From NCBI RefSeq assembly GCF_001194135.2, contig NC_068981.1:40960987-41024986 (forward strand): a DNA stretch of 64,000 nucleotides. Direction: 5' to 3'. Position numbers and translations under genes: made by a program. This stretch comes from Octopus bimaculoides. Its lineage: Eukaryota. Numbering within the stretch: position 1 is the stretch's first letter; every line of letters begins with the position of its first letter. Below the pieces are notes generated by a model that saw only the letters and a list, made by a program, of their open reading frames with translations, made no database searches and was not told where the DNA came from. Positions 63,231 to 64,000 of the stretch are shown here, one piece after another.

Positions 63231-64000
63231 CTTGGAGGACAAGGTCCAGAGAGTGATTTCCGTAGTGTACAAAATATGTACCAGGAAATATGTATTTTAA
63301 TCTCTTTTACTTACCTCCCACTCTCCAGTCCTGTCCGCTTGGCCCTGTGCCACTGTATCATTGTTCTCCACTAGCCCCCAACCTGTGTGTTCCAACCACA
63401 CGCAACAAGAAAATTTTTCACATACCATACCCCTAACAAACCAATCTACATCTCTTCTCTTCCTCACATTTCCTCCTTCATACACTATGCATAGCTCTCA
63501 CTCCCCAATACTGTCCTCACGGCCCTGTCCCTCTGTATCATTGCTATCCAGTAGCCCCCAACTCTATATATACTCAGGTTTTTGCCACTCACTCCCCTCT
63601 GCACTCTTTAATCATGCTTCCCTCATAATACCCAGCCACTTTTATTATGACGTTCATCCCTCAAGGGTATGCCCTGGCACTTGCCACCATCTATCTCTCT
63701 CTTCTTTTACTCAACCATCCCATTTATATTCTGCTCCCTGTCACTTATGAGTATGCCCAGCACTTTGCTACCATCTCTATCTTGCTGTTTCCCACTCTCC
63801 TTCTCATGGTTACCCAACCTGAGGGAATCAGGTTGGGTAACCATGTAGTTCTTTTGTGGCAGTGCACCTCTTTCTGTCTTCATTTCTGGTCTCTCTCTTT
63901 CCGGCTGGGTAACCTTGTACCTCCTCTACTGCAAGACACTTGTTTCCATCTCTTTGTCTTACTATAATCTGACACAAGATCACCTCCTCCAATGCCCCCT

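Noticed and set aside
28208-64000. A second host protein-coding gene downstream of SAC1
   Set aside because: No ORF or exon chain with recognisable non-TE homology on either strand; small exons of a large-intron gene cannot be excluded

Overview
AT-rich eukaryotic genomic DNA, very probably a coleoid cephalopod such as Octopus (inferred from the SINE and RTE families, not proven). The only host gene I can support is the 3' part of a SAC1 (SACM1L) phosphoinositide phosphatase on the + strand. It has 13 coding exons between 713 and 28207 (1293 nt, 430 aa plus stop), all GT-AG and phase-compatible, and includes the CX5R(T) catalytic motif and two C-terminal TM helices. Its 5' exons lie upstream of the window. 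Introns and the ~36 kb downstream are packed with mobile DNA: RTE LINE fragments and tails, two tRNA-derived SINE families, a Gypsy RT/RNase H fragment, a decayed piggyBac with TTAA MITEs, a Buster/SPIN-type hAT, several TIR elements and a ~600 bp 28S rRNA fragment. Best leads: (1) genomic Ser/Gln codons at normally conserved Gly/Arg positions of SAC1 that single A-to-I edits would restore; (2) loss of the C-terminal KxKxx ER-retrieval motif; (3) a TGT...ACA TIR element that appears to carry a Gypsy RT/RNase H cargo; (4) a 28S rRNA piece replacing the middle of a SINE; (5) a three-level SINE/MULE-like/hAT nest with a recoverable 9-bp TSD. Exon coordinates were counted by hand from splice sites; repeat boundaries are approximate. 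Most short ORFs in the supplied track are repeat or low-complexity artefacts.
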